Source: a virus (taxonomy: Duplodnaviria; Heunggongvirae; Uroviricota; Caudoviricetes). Taken from it: a stretch of DNA of 34,568 nt. Below the pieces are notes generated by a model that saw nothing but the letters and a program-made list of their open reading frames with translations, searched no databases and was not told the origin of the DNA. Shown piece by piece: positions 16,500 through 26,322 of the stretch. The DNA lies in the IMG/VR virus record IMGVR_UViG_2740892214_000019, positions 1 through 34,568 of that record; one strand, 5' to 3'. The position numbers and the translations under genes are program-made. Positions within the stretch are counted from its first letter, which is position 1; each line of letters opens with the position of its first letter.

Positions 16500-18401
16500 G
16501 ATAATTTTCAGCTGAAAGCCATCATCACCGCCGTTGACAGGCTGTCCGGCCCGCTTAAAGGTATGCAGCGTCAGCTTAAGGGGTTTCAGAAAGAAGTCTC
16601 CAGCCTTGCTCTGGGCGCTGCCGGGGCGGGTACTGCAATAATGGGGGCACTGGCACTCCCTGTAAAATCAGCCATCACCCTTGAATCGAAGATGGCTGAT
16701 GTCCGCAAAGTGGTGGACGGTCTGGATACGCCGGATGCGTTTAAGGCCATGACGGAGCAGGTACGCGCTTTGTCTACTGAGCTTCCCATGTCTGCAGACG
16801 GGATCGCGGAAATTGTGGCGGCTGGCGGTCAGGCCGGGATTGCACGTGATGAACTGATGCAGTTTGCCACTGATGCGGTGAAGATGGGCGTGGCCTTTGA
16901 TACCACGGCTGAAGAGTCCGGGCAGATGATGGCCCAGTGGCGTACTGCGTTTAATATGACGCAGGATGAAGTGGCCGGGCTGGCTGACAAAATCAACTAC
17001 CTTGGTAATACCGGCCCGGCGAATGCGAAGAAAATCTCCGATATTGTTACGCGTATTGGTCCTTTAGGTGGTGTTGCAGGTGTGGCTTCCGGCGAAATCG
17101 CGGCAATGGGGGCAACCATTGCCGGGATGGGCGTGGAGTCAGAAATTGCCGCCACAGGGATCAAGAACTTCATGCTTTCCCTGACCGCGGGAAATTCCGC
17201 GACAAAATCGCAGAAACAGGCATTACGTTTTCTGCGGATCAATCCGAAGAAATTAGCTGCTGATATGCAGAAAGATGCCCGGGGAACCATGCTGTCTGTA
17301 CTGGATGCGATGGCTAAAGTGCCCAAAGAAAAACAGGCAGCTGTGCTGAATGCCCTGTTCGGGAAAGAGTCTCTGGGCGCGATAGCACCTCTGCTGACTA
17401 ACCTTGATTTGTTGCGTACCAACTTCAGGCGGGTTGCGGATTCCCAGCAGTATGGCAGTTCGATGCAGAAGGAATATGCTTCGAGGGCAGCGACGACGGA
17501 AAACCAGCTTTTACTTCTGCAAAATCAACTTGATGCCATTTCTTCCACGCTGGGGGAAACGTTTCTTCCTGAGGTTAATGATGGTCTTGAAGCGGTAAAA
17601 CCGCTCCTTGAGGAAGTGAGAACGTTTGTCCGTGAAAACCCGGAGCTCGTTAAGACCATTGCTAAAATCGGTCTGGCCTTACTGACGGTGGGAGCCGCTG
17701 CAGGCTCTTTGTCCAGAATTATGAAAGTTCTCGGCGGTGTGATGAATATGACGCCTGCTAAGGGGCTGATTGCTCTTCTGGTTGGTGGCGCTTACCTCAT
17801 TATTGATAACTGGGAAACCGTAGGTCCTGTCATAAAAAAAGTCTGGCACGTGGTGGATGAAACGGCGCAGGCGATGGGGGGATGGGAAACTGTTCTGAAA
17901 GCGATTGCCCTGTTTATGGCAACCAAATGGGTTGCTGACGTTACCAAATCCATTACCGCAGTGACCAGAGAGATGCGTACGCTGGGGAAGGTATCGGCAG
18001 AAACGGGATTGATGGGGAAAGGCCGCGGCTTTATCGGGAAGGCCGGGGTATATGGTTTTCTGGGAACCCTGATGTATGAGCCGGTTAAAGATACTCTGGA
18101 AAGTGTTGTTCCTGAAGATACGGTTAACTGGCTGGAGAATAAAGGGCTGTTTCTGGCTTCAGACTGGACGCCTTTTTTTGATCGTAAAGAGTACGAGCAG
18201 TATCAGGCCAGCCTGAGTCAGTACAAACCCAATGTTCCGCTGTTGAATCCATCTTCTTCCATGACACAGCACAGCGAGCTGAAAGTCACGTTCGAGAATG
18301 CTCCGCCAGGTATGAAGATAATTGATGTACCGGGCAAAGCCGATCCCCTGATGAAAATCACGCACGATGTGGGGTATTCCCCTTTTCGTTTTCCACGATA
18401 A
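16494..18401 (+). CDS. Tail tape measure protein
   Basis: 635 aa, Ala/Gly-rich with coiled-coil and hydrophobic segments. Confidence 0.85.
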   Translation: MADNFQLKAIITAVDRLSGPLKGMQRQLKGFQKEVSSLALGAAGAGTAIMGALALPVKSAITLESKMADVRKVVDGLDTPDAFKAMTEQVRALSTELPMSADGIAEIVAAGGQAGIARDELMQFATDAVKMGVAFDTTAEESGQMMAQWRTAFNMTQDEVAGLADKINYLGNTGPANAKKISDIVTRIGPLGGVAGVASGEIAAMGATIAGMGVESEIAATGIKNFMLSLTAGNSATKSQKQALRFLRINPKKLAADMQKDARGTMLSVLDAMAKVPKEKQAAVLNALFGKESLGAIAPLLTNLDLLRTNFRRVADSQQYGSSMQKEYASRAATTENQLLLLQNQLDAISSTLGETFLPEVNDGLEAVKPLLEEVRTFVRENPELVKTIAKIGLALLTVGAAAGSLSRIMKVLGGVMNMTPAKGLIALLVGGAYLIIDNWETVGPVIKKVWHVVDETAQAMGGWETVLKAIALFMATKWVADVTKSITAVTREMRTLGKVSAETGLMGKGRGFIGKAGVYGFLGTLMYEPVKDTLESVVPEDTVNWLENKGLFLASDWTPFFDRKEYEQYQASLSQYKPNVPLLNPSSSMTQHSELKVTFENAPPGMKIIDVPGKADPLMKITHDVGYSPFRFPR

Positions 18402-18425
18402 CGCAGTCCTTTTTGAGGTCAGTCT

Positions 18426-19802
18426 ATGGATTTATCCTCATTTCCCACCCGACCTTCATTACTTTCGTCGTCTTCAGGCTGGCGTGACAGACTTCAGGAC
18501 GCGTCATTTCGCGGCGTGCCGTTTAAGGTTGAAGAAGAAAGTGCGGGAACCGGTCGCCGTGTGGAAACACATGAATACCCGAACCGCGACAAACCCTATA
18601 CCGAAGACCTGGGGAAAATCACTTTTCGCCCGTCCATCACGGCTTATGTGGTGGGAGATGACTGCTTTGACCAGCGCGATCGCCTGATTGACGCGCTGAA
18701 TAAACCCGGTCCCGGCACGCTTGTCCATCCGACATACGGTGAGCTGAAAGTCTGTGTTGACGGAGAAGTTCGGGTCAGCACATCGAAGAGTGAAGGGCGT
18801 ATTGTCCGCTTTGACCTGAAGTTTGTCGAAGCAGGAGAACTCTCTTACCCCACATCAGGTGCGGCGACGGCGCAGACGCTGATGTCATCCTGTTCTGCAC
18901 TGGATGACTGCATCAGTGACAGCTTCAGCGGTTTCAGTATCGATGGTGTGGCGGATTTCGTGCAGAACGACGTTATCGGTAATGCCAGCATAATGCTGGG
19001 GTATGTTTCTGATGCGATGAAAGTGGTGGATTCTGCCGTATCGGATGCCGCCAGGCTGTTGCAGGGGGATATCTCGGTACTTCTGCCGCCGCCATCGTCA
19101 GGCAAAAATTTCGTTGAGCAGGTGCAGAAAATGTGGCGTACCGGGAAACGCCTTTATGGTAACGCCAGCGACCTGGTCACCATGATCAAAACGCTTTCTG
19201 GTGTCAGCCTCGGCAGCGATTTGCAACCGCGCGGCGTCTGGAAAACGGACAGTAAAACCACCGCCACAGCGACGCAGCAGCGTAACATGGTTGCCAGCAC
19301 CCTTCGTACGACTGCAATCAGCGAAGCGGCGTATGCCGTTACCCGATTGCCTGCGCCAACAACTTCTGCGGTGATGCAGAATGCCGCAGTGGGGCAGTCA
19401 ACAACACCCGCGCAGAGCTCCGGCTGGCCTGCCGTCACGCATCCGGTGCTGAACAATGCACCGGCGGTGAAAAACACGGTTGACCTGCCAACGTGGGAAG
19501 AACTGACCGACATTCGCGACACACTGAATACGGCAATTGATAAGGAGTTGTCCCGTACAACCAGTGATGCGCTGTTTCTGGCTCTGCGCCGGGTGAAAGC
19601 AGATCTGAATGCGGATATCAACACGCGCCTTGAACAGTCTGCTCGGATCATTCAGCGCACGCCGGATGAGGTTTTACCCGCGCTGGTGCTGGCGGCGACC
19701 TGGTTTGATAACGCGGCGCGTGACGCGGACATTATCCGGCGTAATGCCATTACGCATCCCGGCTTTGTGCCGGTGATCCCTCTGAAGGTGCCAGTGCAAT
19801 GA
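18426..19802 (+). CDS. DNA circulation protein (Mu gpN-like)
   Basis: Synteny after the tape measure; 458 aa. Confidence 0.75.
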   Translation: MDLSSFPTRPSLLSSSSGWRDRLQDASFRGVPFKVEEESAGTGRRVETHEYPNRDKPYTEDLGKITFRPSITAYVVGDDCFDQRDRLIDALNKPGPGTLVHPTYGELKVCVDGEVRVSTSKSEGRIVRFDLKFVEAGELSYPTSGAATAQTLMSSCSALDDCISDSFSGFSIDGVADFVQNDVIGNASIMLGYVSDAMKVVDSAVSDAARLLQGDISVLLPPPSSGKNFVEQVQKMWRTGKRLYGNASDLVTMIKTLSGVSLGSDLQPRGVWKTDSKTTATATQQRNMVASTLRTTAISEAAYAVTRLPAPTTSAVMQNAAVGQSTTPAQSSGWPAVTHPVLNNAPAVKNTVDLPTWEELTDIRDTLNTAIDKELSRTTSDALFLALRRVKADLNADINTRLEQSARIIQRTPDEVLPALVLAATWFDNAARDADIIRRNAITHPGFVPVIPLKVPVQ

Positions 19803-20878
19803 ACGACAATGTCACGCTACGGGTAAATGGCCGGGAGTGGAATGGCTGGACATCGGTGCGCATCGGTGCCGGTATTGAACGGCTGGCGCGGGATTTCAGC
19901 GTGGAGATCACCCGCCAGTGGCCGGGAGATGAGGGTATCACCACGCTTCAGCCGCGCATTAAAAATGGTTCAAAAGTGGAAGTGCTGATTGGTGATGAGC
20001 TGGTGATCACCGGCTGGGTGGAGGCGACCCCCGTTCGTTACGATGCCCGTTCGGTCAGCACCGGTATTGCCGGACGTAGTCTGACTGCTGACCTGATTGA
20101 CTGTGCAGCCGAACCGACACAGTTTAACGGACGATCGCTGGTACAGATTGCGCAGGCGCTTGCTGCGCCTTTCGGCATTGAGGTGGTGAACAGCGATGCG
20201 CCGTCGGGTGTTATTCCGGATGTCCAGCCTGATCACGGTGAAACGGTGATCGAGGTGATCAACAAAATACTCGGTCAGCAGCAGGCGCTGGCTTATGACG
20301 ACCCGCACGGCAGGCTGGTGATTGGTGGTGTTGGCTCAACGCGGGCACATACCGCGCTGGTACTTGGGGAAAACATCCTTTCCTGTGATACGGAGAAGAG
20401 TATCCGGGAGCGGTTTTCAGTTTACCAGGTGGCGGGGCAGCGTGCCGGAAACGACGATGATTTCGGTGAGGCCACCACCACCGCGCTGCGGGCCCGCACA
20501 GAGGATGCATTTATTGCCCGTTACCGTCCGATGTATATCAGGCAGACAGGGCAGGCTACGGGGGCAGGCTGTATTGCCCGTGCGGACTTTGAAGCCAGAC
20601 AACGGGCGGCGCGGACGGATGAAACCACCTATGTGGTGCAGGGCTGGCGACAGGGTAACGGTACGCTGTGGCAGCCCAACCAGCGGGTGATTGTCTTTGA
20701 TCCGGTCTGTGGTTTCGACAATACCGAACTGCTTGTTTCGGAAGTCACGTTCACTCAGGACCAGAACGGCACCCTGACGGAAATCCGTGTCGGCCCGCCT
20801 GATGCTTATCTGCCTGAACCCGAAGCCCCCGGCGCGCGGAAAAAGAAAAAAACCAGAGTACAGGAGGACCCGTTCTGA
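19799..20878 (+). CDS. Baseplate hub protein (Mu gpP-like)
   Basis: Synteny; 359 aa. Confidence 0.75.
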   Translation: MNDNVTLRVNGREWNGWTSVRIGAGIERLARDFSVEITRQWPGDEGITTLQPRIKNGSKVEVLIGDELVITGWVEATPVRYDARSVSTGIAGRSLTADLIDCAAEPTQFNGRSLVQIAQALAAPFGIEVVNSDAPSGVIPDVQPDHGETVIEVINKILGQQQALAYDDPHGRLVIGGVGSTRAHTALVLGENILSCDTEKSIRERFSVYQVAGQRAGNDDDFGEATTTALRARTEDAFIARYRPMYIRQTGQATGAGCIARADFEARQRAARTDETTYVVQGWRQGNGTLWQPNQRVIVFDPVCGFDNTELLVSEVTFTQDQNGTLTEIRVGPPDAYLPEPEAPGARKKKKTRVQEDPF

Positions 20879-21426
20879 TGAGGACGATTGAAGCCATGCA
20901 GCGACAACTCCTCGGCCTGATTGGGCGGGCCGTGGTGAAAAGCATCAGTGCCGCCACGAAATGTCAGACCGTGGATGTGTCCCTGATTGCCGGTGAACCC
21001 AAAGCCGGGGTTGAACATCTTGAACCCTACGGTTTTACCGCAAGGGCAAACAGCGGTGCGGAAGCGGTGGTGTTGTTTCCGGATGGCGACCGTTCTCATG
21101 CGGTGGTTGTTACGGTGTCGGACCGGCGCTACCGCCTGAAAGGGCTGCAGACGGGGGAGGTGGCTGTCTATGACGATCAGGGGCAGTCCGTGACGCTGAC
21201 CCGGGAGGGGATCGTGGTGGACGGTGCAGGTAAAACGATCACGTTTCGCAATTCACCTAAAGCACGTTTTGAAATGGACCTGGAAGTGACAGGACAGGTG
21301 AAAGACCTGTGCGACTCCGGCGGCACCACCATGTCAGCGATGCGGCTTGCCTATAACGGGCATCGTCACAGAGAGAACGGTCAGGGCAGTAACACCGACA
21401 AACCTGATAAAGCGATGGAGGCATGA
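20878..21426 (+). CDS. Baseplate spike protein (Mu gp45 / P2 V-like)
   Basis: 182 aa; contains a DSGGTT-type motif seen in V/gp45 spikes. Confidence 0.7.
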   Translation: MRTIEAMQRQLLGLIGRAVVKSISAATKCQTVDVSLIAGEPKAGVEHLEPYGFTARANSGAEAVVLFPDGDRSHAVVVTVSDRRYRLKGLQTGEVAVYDDQGQSVTLTREGIVVDGAGKTITFRNSPKARFEMDLEVTGQVKDLCDSGGTTMSAMRLAYNGHRHRENGQGSNTDKPDKAMEA

Positions 21427-21851
21427 TGGAACTGTGGCTGACGGTGAACGGTAAACGCACCTGCGCCAGCGCACCGCTGGATCCGCTGACCCGCGCCGTG
21501 GTGATTTCCCTGTTTACCTGGCGGCGGGCGGAGCCTGATGACAACGCCGACGTCCCGATGGGATGGTGGGGGGATACCTGGCCTGCGGTACAGAATGACC
21601 GTTACGGCTCCCGACTGTGGCTGCTTCAGCGCAGCAAATTGACCAATCAGCTGGTGCAGACGGTAAGGGGGTATATCCGCGAATGCCTGCAATGGATGAT
21701 TGATGATGGCGTGGTGTCCCGTATTGATCTGGATATCCGCCGCACCGGGATTAATGAACTGGGTAACAGTATCACTCTCTGGCGTCGTGACGGACCGGTA
21801 ATGATTTCTTTTGATGATCTGTGGAGTGCGATAACGCATGGCGGACAGTGA
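21423..21851 (+). CDS. Baseplate wedge protein (Mu gp46 / P2 W-like)
   Basis: Synteny and size (142 aa). Confidence 0.65.
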   Translation: MMELWLTVNGKRTCASAPLDPLTRAVVISLFTWRRAEPDDNADVPMGWWGDTWPAVQNDRYGSRLWLLQRSKLTNQLVQTVRGYIRECLQWMIDDGVVSRIDLDIRRTGINELGNSITLWRRDGPVMISFDDLWSAITHGGQ

Positions 21852-22896
21852 ATTTCAGCGCCCGACGCTGGCAGAAAATATCAGTATGCTCCGTAACGAT
21901 TTATTCGCCAGGCTGGACGTCAGCGACACGCTCCGGCGCATGGATGAAGACGTGCGGGCAAAGGTGTATGCGGCGGCGCTGCATACGGTTTACGGGTACA
22001 TCGATTATCTGGCAATGAATATGCTGCCTGACCTGTGCGATGAGTCCTGGCTGGCGCGACATGCTGCGATGAAACGGTGTCCGCGCAAGGGGGCCACGGC
22101 TGCCAGCGGGTATATGCGCTGGGAAGGTGTCAGCGATGGCCTGAAGGTGACTGCCGGGAGCGTGATTCAGCGCGATGACCTGGTTCAGTACACGGCAACT
22201 GCCGATGCAACCAGCTCCGGTGGTGTCCTGCGCGTGCCGATCGCCTGCTCAAGTGCAGGCGCGGTCGGTAACGCTGACGACGGTACGTCATTAATCCTGG
22301 TCACGCCGGTGAATGGTCTGCCGTCTTCCGGTGTTGCAGATACCCTGACTGGCGGATTCGATACTGAAGATCTGGAAACGTGGCGCGCCCGCGTCATTGA
22401 GCGGTATTACTGGACGCCGCAGGGCGGGGCTGACGGGGACTATGTCGTCTGGGCTAAAGAAGTGCCCGGCATTACCCGCGCATGGACATACCGTCACTGG
22501 ATGGGAACGGGAACTGTCGGTGTGATGATTGCCAGCAGTGACCTGATTAATCCCATTCCGGAAGAATCAACGGAAACGGCGGCAAGACAACATATCGGGC
22601 CACTGGCCCCGGTGGCAGGCTCTGATTTGTATGTGTTCAGGCCGGTGGCGCATACGGTGGATTTTCATATCCGTGTGACGCCGGATACACCAGAAATACG
22701 GGCTGCCATCACCGCCGAGTTGCGTTCGTTCCTGCTGCGTGATGGTTATCCGCAGGGAGAACTGAAGGTGTCGCGTATCAGTGAAGCGATTTCCGGTGCG
22801 AACGGGGAATACAGCCATCAGTTGCTTGCACCGGCAGACAATATCTCCATTGCAAAAAATGAACTGGCGGTACTGGGGACGATTTCATGGACGTGA
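21838..22896 (+). CDS. Baseplate J-like protein (Mu gp47)
   Basis: 352 aa; synteny. Confidence 0.8.
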   Translation: MADSEFQRPTLAENISMLRNDLFARLDVSDTLRRMDEDVRAKVYAAALHTVYGYIDYLAMNMLPDLCDESWLARHAAMKRCPRKGATAASGYMRWEGVSDGLKVTAGSVIQRDDLVQYTATADATSSGGVLRVPIACSSAGAVGNADDGTSLILVTPVNGLPSSGVADTLTGGFDTEDLETWRARVIERYYWTPQGGADGDYVVWAKEVPGITRAWTYRHWMGTGTVGVMIASSDLINPIPEESTETAARQHIGPLAPVAGSDLYVFRPVAHTVDFHIRVTPDTPEIRAAITAELRSFLLRDGYPQGELKVSRISEAISGANGEYSHQLLAPADNISIAKNELAVLGTISWT

Positions 22897-23471
22897 CAAA
22901 CGATGATTACATCCGTCTGTTGTCGGCACTGTTGCCCCCCGGTCCGGCGTGGTCAGCCAGCGATCCGGCGATTGCCGGTGCGGCACCGTCATTAACCCGC
23001 GCTCATCAGCGTGCGGATGCCCTGATGCGGGAGCTGGATCCGCGCACCACCACTGAACTGATAAACCGCTGGGAGCGTCTGTGCGGTCTGCCGGATGAAT
23101 GTATTCCGGCGGGAACGCAGACCCTTCGCCAGCGCCAGCAACGGCTGGATGCGAAGGTTAACCTGGCGGGCGGCATCAACGAGGATTTTTATCTTGCACA
23201 GCTTGCTGCCCTGGGCAGACCAGATGCCACCATCACGCGATACGACAAAAGCACGTTCACCTGCTCATCGGCCTGTACTGACGCGGTGAATGCGCCGGAA
23301 TGGCGGTATTACTGGCAGGTCAACATGCCAACCACCACCAACACCACCTGGATGACATGTGGCGATCCCTGTGATTCCGCACTGCGTATCTGGGGCGACA
23401 CCGTTGTCGAGTGTGTGCTTAACAAACTCTGCCCGTCGCATACCTACGTAATTTTTAAATATCCGGAGTAA
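22887..23471 (+). CDS. Baseplate/tail protein (Mu gp48 / P2 I / YmfQ-like)
   Basis: 194 aa directly upstream of the fibre gene. Confidence 0.7.
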   Translation: MDVTNDDYIRLLSALLPPGPAWSASDPAIAGAAPSLTRAHQRADALMRELDPRTTTELINRWERLCGLPDECIPAGTQTLRQRQQRLDAKVNLAGGINEDFYLAQLAALGRPDATITRYDKSTFTCSSACTDAVNAPEWRYYWQVNMPTTTNTTWMTCGDPCDSALRIWGDTVVECVLNKLCPSHTYVIFKYPE

Positions 23472-23474
23472 TCC

Positions 23475-24098
23475 ATGCATCGTATAGACACGAAAACCGC
23501 GCAGAAGGATAAGTTCGGCGCGGGTAAGAACGGTTTTACCCGTGGTAACCCCCAGACCGGCACGCCTGCCACCGATCTGGATGATGACTACTTTGACATG
23601 TTGCAGGAGGAGCTTTGCAGCGTGGTGGAGGCATCCGGTGCCAGTCTGGAGAAGGCGCGGCACGACCAGCTGCTTACCGCGCTTCGTGCGCTGCTGTTAA
23701 GCCGCAAGAATCCGTTTGGCGATATCAAATCGGATGGCACGGTGAAAACGGCCCTCTCAAATCTTGGTTTGGGCGAAGCGGCGAAACGAGATGTCGGAAC
23801 AGGTGCTAACCAACTACCAGACATGTCTGCATGGACCAGTGGTAGTGGGTGGGTAAAGTTTCCAGACGGGACAATTATTCAGAGCGGGAGGACAACCATG
23901 GCGGCAGGACAGATTGCGGTAAGGACGCTGCCAATCCCTTTTACTACCTCAGGCTATATTGTTCTTGCTTCGTTCTGGGGTTCAGATCCCTCACCTTCAA
24001 AACCAGTTGGCGTGTCGTCAGCTGATCTTTCAACAATCCGAATTGCCAACTGGAGCACTCCAGCAGCAGAAATTGCCTGGATAGCCATAGGGAAATAA
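23475..24098 (+). CDS. Tail fibre protein, constant N-terminus plus currently expressed variable C-terminus
   Basis: [10 protein letters not shown]... N-terminus typical of short S/Stf-type fibres; the inversion crossover site lies inside the gene near codon 95. Confidence 0.75.
   Translation: MHRIDTKTAQKDKFGAGKNGFTRGNPQTGTPATDLDDDYFDMLQEELCSVVEASGASLEKARHDQLLTALRALLLSRKNPFGDIKSDGTVKTALSNLGLGEAAKRDVGTGANQLPDMSAWTSGSGWVKFPDGTIIQSGRTTMAAGQIAVRTLPIPFTTSGYIVLASFWGSDPSPSKPVGVSSADLSTIRIANWSTPAAEIAWIAIGK
23753..23778. repeat. Left inversion crossover site (gix/hix/pix-like)
   Basis: CTCTCAAATCTTGGTTTGGGCGAAG is in inverted orientation to the site at 25589-25614 and shares the TTGGTTTGGG-GAA half-site. 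Confidence 0.5.
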
Positions 24099-24100
24099 AT

Positions 24101-24547
24101 ATGACCAAATACAGATACTCAGCAGTTACAAACGAATTTTTCCCTTACTCCCTTAAGGATAGCTACCTGGCAAGCGGGCAATGGCCTGATGAGGGAGTCG
24201 ATTTTGATGAGGACGGATTTATCTCCTGGAAAGCAGAAAATGCACCGGATGGCAAGATACGTGCAGCAGGGAATGATGGCTTCCCTGAATGGGTAGATGA
24301 ACCTGAACCGACTCACGAAGAACTTGTTAGAACTGCTGACGCCGAAAAAAGGTCCCGTATTGAGCAGGCTAACTATTATATCAATAGTAAGCAGTGGCCC
24401 GGTAAAGCCGCTATTGGTCGTCTGAAAGGTGACGAACTGGCGCAATATAATTTGTGGCTGGATTATCTGGACGCACTGGAACTGGTTGATACTTCCAGTG
24501 CGCCGGATATTGAATGGCCTACGCCTCCGGCAGTTCAGGCCAGATGA
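24101..24547 (+). CDS. Tail fibre assembly chaperone (Tfa)
   Basis: Tfa-typical N-terminus and C-terminal IEWPTPP motif. Confidence 0.85.
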   Translation: MTKYRYSAVTNEFFPYSLKDSYLASGQWPDEGVDFDEDGFISWKAENAPDGKIRAAGNDGFPEWVDEPEPTHEELVRTADAEKRSRIEQANYYINSKQWPGKAAIGRLKGDELAQYNLWLDYLDALELVDTSSAPDIEWPTPPAVQAR

Positions 24548-25121
24548 CATCCGGCGCGGTGCTGGTATCTGTTGCCGCCACCGCGTCAATGTAATCCAGC
24601 ACAGCGTTAAGCCGGGTTGTTTCTGCCTGCGTCAGTTTCCGCCCGGCCTGTAATTTCAGCTGAATCAGACTAATGGAAGCCATTGCTGCATCAATCAGTG
24701 ACTGGCGCTGTGCTTCTGCCGCTTCTACTGCGGCACCGTGTTGTGCCTCAGTATCTGTCACCCATTTCTCACCATCCCATTTATCGTATGGCGTTAATGG
24801 GGCGATAGTGGTTGTATTTTCAGGGTAATCACCCGGAGCTGTGATTTCTTTTGATTCTCCTGTTTCAGTGCTATATACCGTTTCACCACGGTGGTCTGGC
24901 ACATATACCCATGAGTTAAAATCTGCAGAACGGCAGATTGCATAACCAGCTTTATATGGGTCAGGAGCATCTAAACAGGAGCATGCCGGGATTCCTACGC
25001 CAACGGCAAGATATTCTGTTGATGATGAAATGTATTCCCGTGTCGTGTTGTCATAGCTATAGACGGTAATATCACCCGCTACTGTGGCAATAAATTCACT
25101 GTTTAATTTTGCCTGTGTCAT
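24519..25121 (-). CDS. Alternative tail fibre assembly chaperone (Tfa')
   Basis: C-terminal VIWPELP motif; convergent with the plus-strand Tfa. Confidence 0.85.
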   Translation of the reverse strand: MTQAKLNSEFIATVAGDITVYSYDNTTREYISSSTEYLAVGVGIPACSCLDAPDPYKAGYAICRSADFNSWVYVPDHRGETVYSTETGESKEITAPGDYPENTTTIAPLTPYDKWDGEKWVTDTEAQHGAAVEAAEAQRQSLIDAAMASISLIQLKLQAGRKLTQAETTRLNAVLDYIDAVAATDTSTAPDVIWPELPEA

Positions 25122-25642
25122 TATGCGGCCCTCACGATGTAGTTAAATGCGACGTTTCGCGGGCGGTTTTCTGGTGCTGTAGGCACAACTCTGGAAGCAT
25201 CAAAACTACCAGACAAAGGTCTTGTATCAGCGCCACCTCCAGCACTAGTGATAGGTTGTATAGTTTCGTTACTCCCCGCAAAGGCACCTGACAATTGACT
25301 TAAAGCCCCAGCTGTTGAGCCATTATTCAATACCGAAATGATACCGGTGATATTTCTAATTGCATCGCCCTGAGAGGAAAGCAAACTCCTCGCAGAATCA
25401 ATCCCGCGTCCGTCATCCCAACCGCGTAGAAACTCACCACGTAAATCAGGCAATTTATTTGTCGGATAAACTTTTGCCAGTTCCGGGTATTCTTCAGCAG
25501 AAAAAGCCGCACCATTGCATTTCAGCCAGCCTGTTGGCGGAGTGGCTGAAGGCCACGGAACAGGCACACCAACGGGTAATGCCGAACCTTCTCCCAAACC
25601 AACGTTTATGAAAATGCAGAGATAACGGGCAACTGGCATCAT
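25121..25642 (-). CDS. Alternative tail fibre C-terminal segment, expressed only after inversion
   Basis: Contains the fibre-tip motif PVGVPVPWP...GWLKCNGAAFS..YPELAKVYP; the ORF's apparent N-terminus crosses the right crossover site, so it has no independent start. Confidence 0.7.
   Translation of the reverse strand: MMPVARYLCIFINVGLGEGSALPVGVPVPWPSATPPTGWLKCNGAAFSAEEYPELAKVYPTNKLPDLRGEFLRGWDDGRGIDSARSLLSSQGDAIRNITGIISVLNNGSTAGALSQLSGAFAGSNETIQPITSAGGGADTRPLSGSFDASRVVPTAPENRPRNVAFNYIVRAA
25589..25614. repeat. Right inversion crossover site (gix/hix/pix-like)
   Basis: TTCTCCCAAACCAACGTTTATGAAAA, a 26-bp imperfect dyad resembling Hin/Gin sites, about 50 bp upstream of the invertase start. 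Confidence 0.6.
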
Positions 25643-25663
25643 CTCCGGTTTTTATTCAGGGGG

Positions 25664-26263
25664 ATGCTCATGCTTATTGGCTATGTACGCGTGTCAACAA
25701 ATGACCAGAACACGGAATTGCAGCGTAACGCGCTGGAGTGTGCAGGATGTGAGCTGATTTTTGAGGATAAAATCAGCGGCACGAAGTCCGACCGACCGGG
25801 ACTGAAAAAACTGCTCAGAACATTATCAGCAGGTGACACTCTGGTGGTCTGGAAGCTGGACAGGCTGGGGCGTAGTATGCGGCATCTGGTCATTCTGGTT
25901 GAGGAGCTGCGCGAACGCGGCGTTAATTTTCGCAGCCTGACGGATGCTATTGATACCAGCACGCCGATGGGGCGCTTTTTCTTTCATGTGATGGGTGCCC
26001 TGGCTGAAATGGAGCGAGAACTCATTGTCGAGCGGACACGCGCCGGACTGGAAGCGGCCAGAGCCAAAGGTCGTATTGGTGGCAGACGACCGAAACTCAC
26101 CACGAGTGAGTGGGAGCAGGTCGGACGGTTGCTGGCTGCGGGGGAATCTCGTCAACGTGTGGCGCTGATTTTTGATATTGGCCTGTCCACGCTCTATAAA
26201 AAATTCCCCTCATCAGCGACAAAGAATAAATTGTGTCATCCCTTAGCCAACCGGGACAAATAG
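25664..26263 (+). CDS. Serine DNA invertase (Gin/Pin/Hin/Cin family)
   Basis: N-terminal LIGYVRVST(N)DQ catalytic motif and C-terminal helix-turn-helix; small resolvase/invertase size. Start may be the second ATG at 25670. Confidence 0.9.
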   Translation: MLMLIGYVRVSTNDQNTELQRNALECAGCELIFEDKISGTKSDRPGLKKLLRTLSAGDTLVVWKLDRLGRSMRHLVILVEELRERGVNFRSLTDAIDTSTPMGRFFFHVMGALAEMERELIVERTRAGLEAARAKGRIGGRRPKLTTSEWEQVGRLLAAGESRQRVALIFDIGLSTLYKKFPSSATKNKLCHPLANRDK

Positions 26264-26322
26264 CCTGACATCTCCGGCACAACTGAAAATACCACTCACC
26301 CATTAACCACGGAGTTAAACGG

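Larger units (their letters stand above)
23753..25614. mobile_element. Invertible tail-fibre segment (G-segment-like), about 1.85 kb
   Basis: Inverted crossover sites flank convergent fibre C-terminus plus Tfa gene pairs, with a serine invertase gene immediately adjacent. Confidence 0.65.
1..26263 (+). mobile_element. Prophage late region, lambdoid regulation and lysis with HK97-type head and Mu-type contractile tail (SfV/ST64B/e14-like mosaic); left end lies outside the window
   Basis: Contiguous co-oriented genes for Q antiterminator, lysis cassette, HNH, terminase, portal, protease, capsid, connectors, sheath, tube, tape measure, baseplate, fibre and invertase. Confidence 0.85.

Noticed and set aside
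25664-26263. The recombinase as a prophage integrase marking an attachment site
   Set aside because: It is a small (about 200-aa) serine invertase of the Gin/Pin type with adjacent inverted crossover sites, not a tyrosine or large serine integrase. No integrase is present in this window.
14237-26263. Transposable Mu-like prophage
   Set aside because: Only the tail module is Mu-like; the head uses HNH, terminase and HK97-type capsid genes, regulation is by a lambdoid Q, and no transposase genes are seen.
26264-26322. P2 late promoter PF with an Ogr-binding TGT-N12-ACA dyad upstream of FI
   Set aside because: TGT and ACA elements near 26225-26260 are spaced about 19-21 nt apart rather than 12 and lie inside the invertase coding end; I cannot support a promoter call without alignment to P2.
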